Shown here: positions 63,511 to 64,000 of the stretch, in pieces
How the letters are laid out: every line of letters starts with the position of its first letter
Position numbering within the stretch: the first letter of the stretch is position 1
Notes under the pieces: model-generated
Database searches by the model: none
What the model was told of the DNA's origin: nothing
What the model saw: the letters and a program-made list of their open reading frames with translations, nothing else
Translations under genes and position numbers: made by a program
From: Micavibrio sp.
GTDB taxonomy: Bacteria; Pseudomonadota; Alphaproteobacteria; Micavibrionales; UBA9664
Direction: 5' to 3'
Assembly (NCBI GenBank): GCA_002699085.1
Contig: PAAR01000015.1
Coordinates: 4,236 to 68,235 of the forward strand
Length of the DNA: 64,000 nt

Positions 63511-63984
63511 CTAATCCTCGTCTTCCTCGTTCTTTTGATCTCTTAATCGTTCAATTATTTTTTTAAATGCCTGTTTTGTGCCTTGCTCAATAACCATTCC
63601 CTCAAGGATGCTTTTTGCACCCGCCGCTACTTTAGCTGCCTTTCCCAAGCCGCCCCCGACAATATCTGTTTCTGGCCAAAGGCTGTGTGCTTCTCCATTA
63701 TGTTCTTCAAATTCTGGTATTTTATGCATTGGTTTTTGAGAAGGTTTAGGAGCGATCTTTTTAATTAAAATGCGCTCCGTTTCCCCCTTGGGATGCATGA
63801 TGCCATCTTCTTTTAAACCATTATCTTTTTGGAAATGGCGGATAGCTCTTTCCAAAATAGTATCGGTATAGCCAAAACTTTCATCGCCGGCTTGATAGCC
63901 AATTTTATTATAGGCCATTCGTATATTCCTTATATCTTCTTCAGACGCAGCAAATCCTTTACCAACAGAGGTTGATATCAACAT
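63511..63984 (-). CDS. Peptidoglycan-binding domain protein
   Basis: SVGKG...AIRHFQKDNGLKEDGIMHPKGET PG-binding motif; linker; Gly/Ala amphipathic C-terminus; AAGGA SD. Confidence 0.75.
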   Translation of the reverse strand: MLISTSVGKGFAASEEDIRNIRMAYNKIGYQAGDESFGYTDTILERAIRHFQKDNGLKEDGIMHPKGETERILIKKIAPKPSQKPMHKIPEFEEHNGEAHSLWPETDIVGGGLGKAAKVAAGAKSILEGMVIEQGTKQAFKKIIERLRDQKNEEDED

Positions 63985-64000
63985 AGAGTAATCCTTTCTT

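Overview
AT-rich bacterial chromosomal segment, gene-dense, with no integrase, transposase, prophage or CRISPR array visible. Gene content (FzlA, a PleC/DivJ-like kinase, CtrA-type boxes) points to an alphaproteobacterium. The many orphan genes and the large T1SS adhesin would fit a Micavibrio-like lineage, but that is inference only. Most genes are housekeeping: dsbD, uppP, rsmD, infC with an AUU start, serA, miaA, accBC, rlmE, guaB, ahcY, hemB, tRNA-Thr(UGU) and tRNA-Gly(UCC). Other loci are a complete type I secretion system with a 2361-aa repeat adhesin, an RND pump, and a lipid A modification operon with its own two-component system. Four things stand out. (1) The adhesin has two LapG-type T/P-A-A-G motifs and a FrpC-like self-processing module in which the scissile Asp-Pro reads Ser-Pro. 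(2) An XRE-plus-sensor-domain regulator is translationally coupled to an orphan EgtD-family methyltransferase, possibly a signal synthase/receptor pair. (3) The ornithine decarboxylase leader has two uORFs (MQRR and a Phe-rich 16-mer) and two mutually exclusive helices. (4) Three unrelated genes share an upstream TTGACTC(AT)...AACAGGGA motif. All family assignments are by-eye motif recognition; no searches were run.
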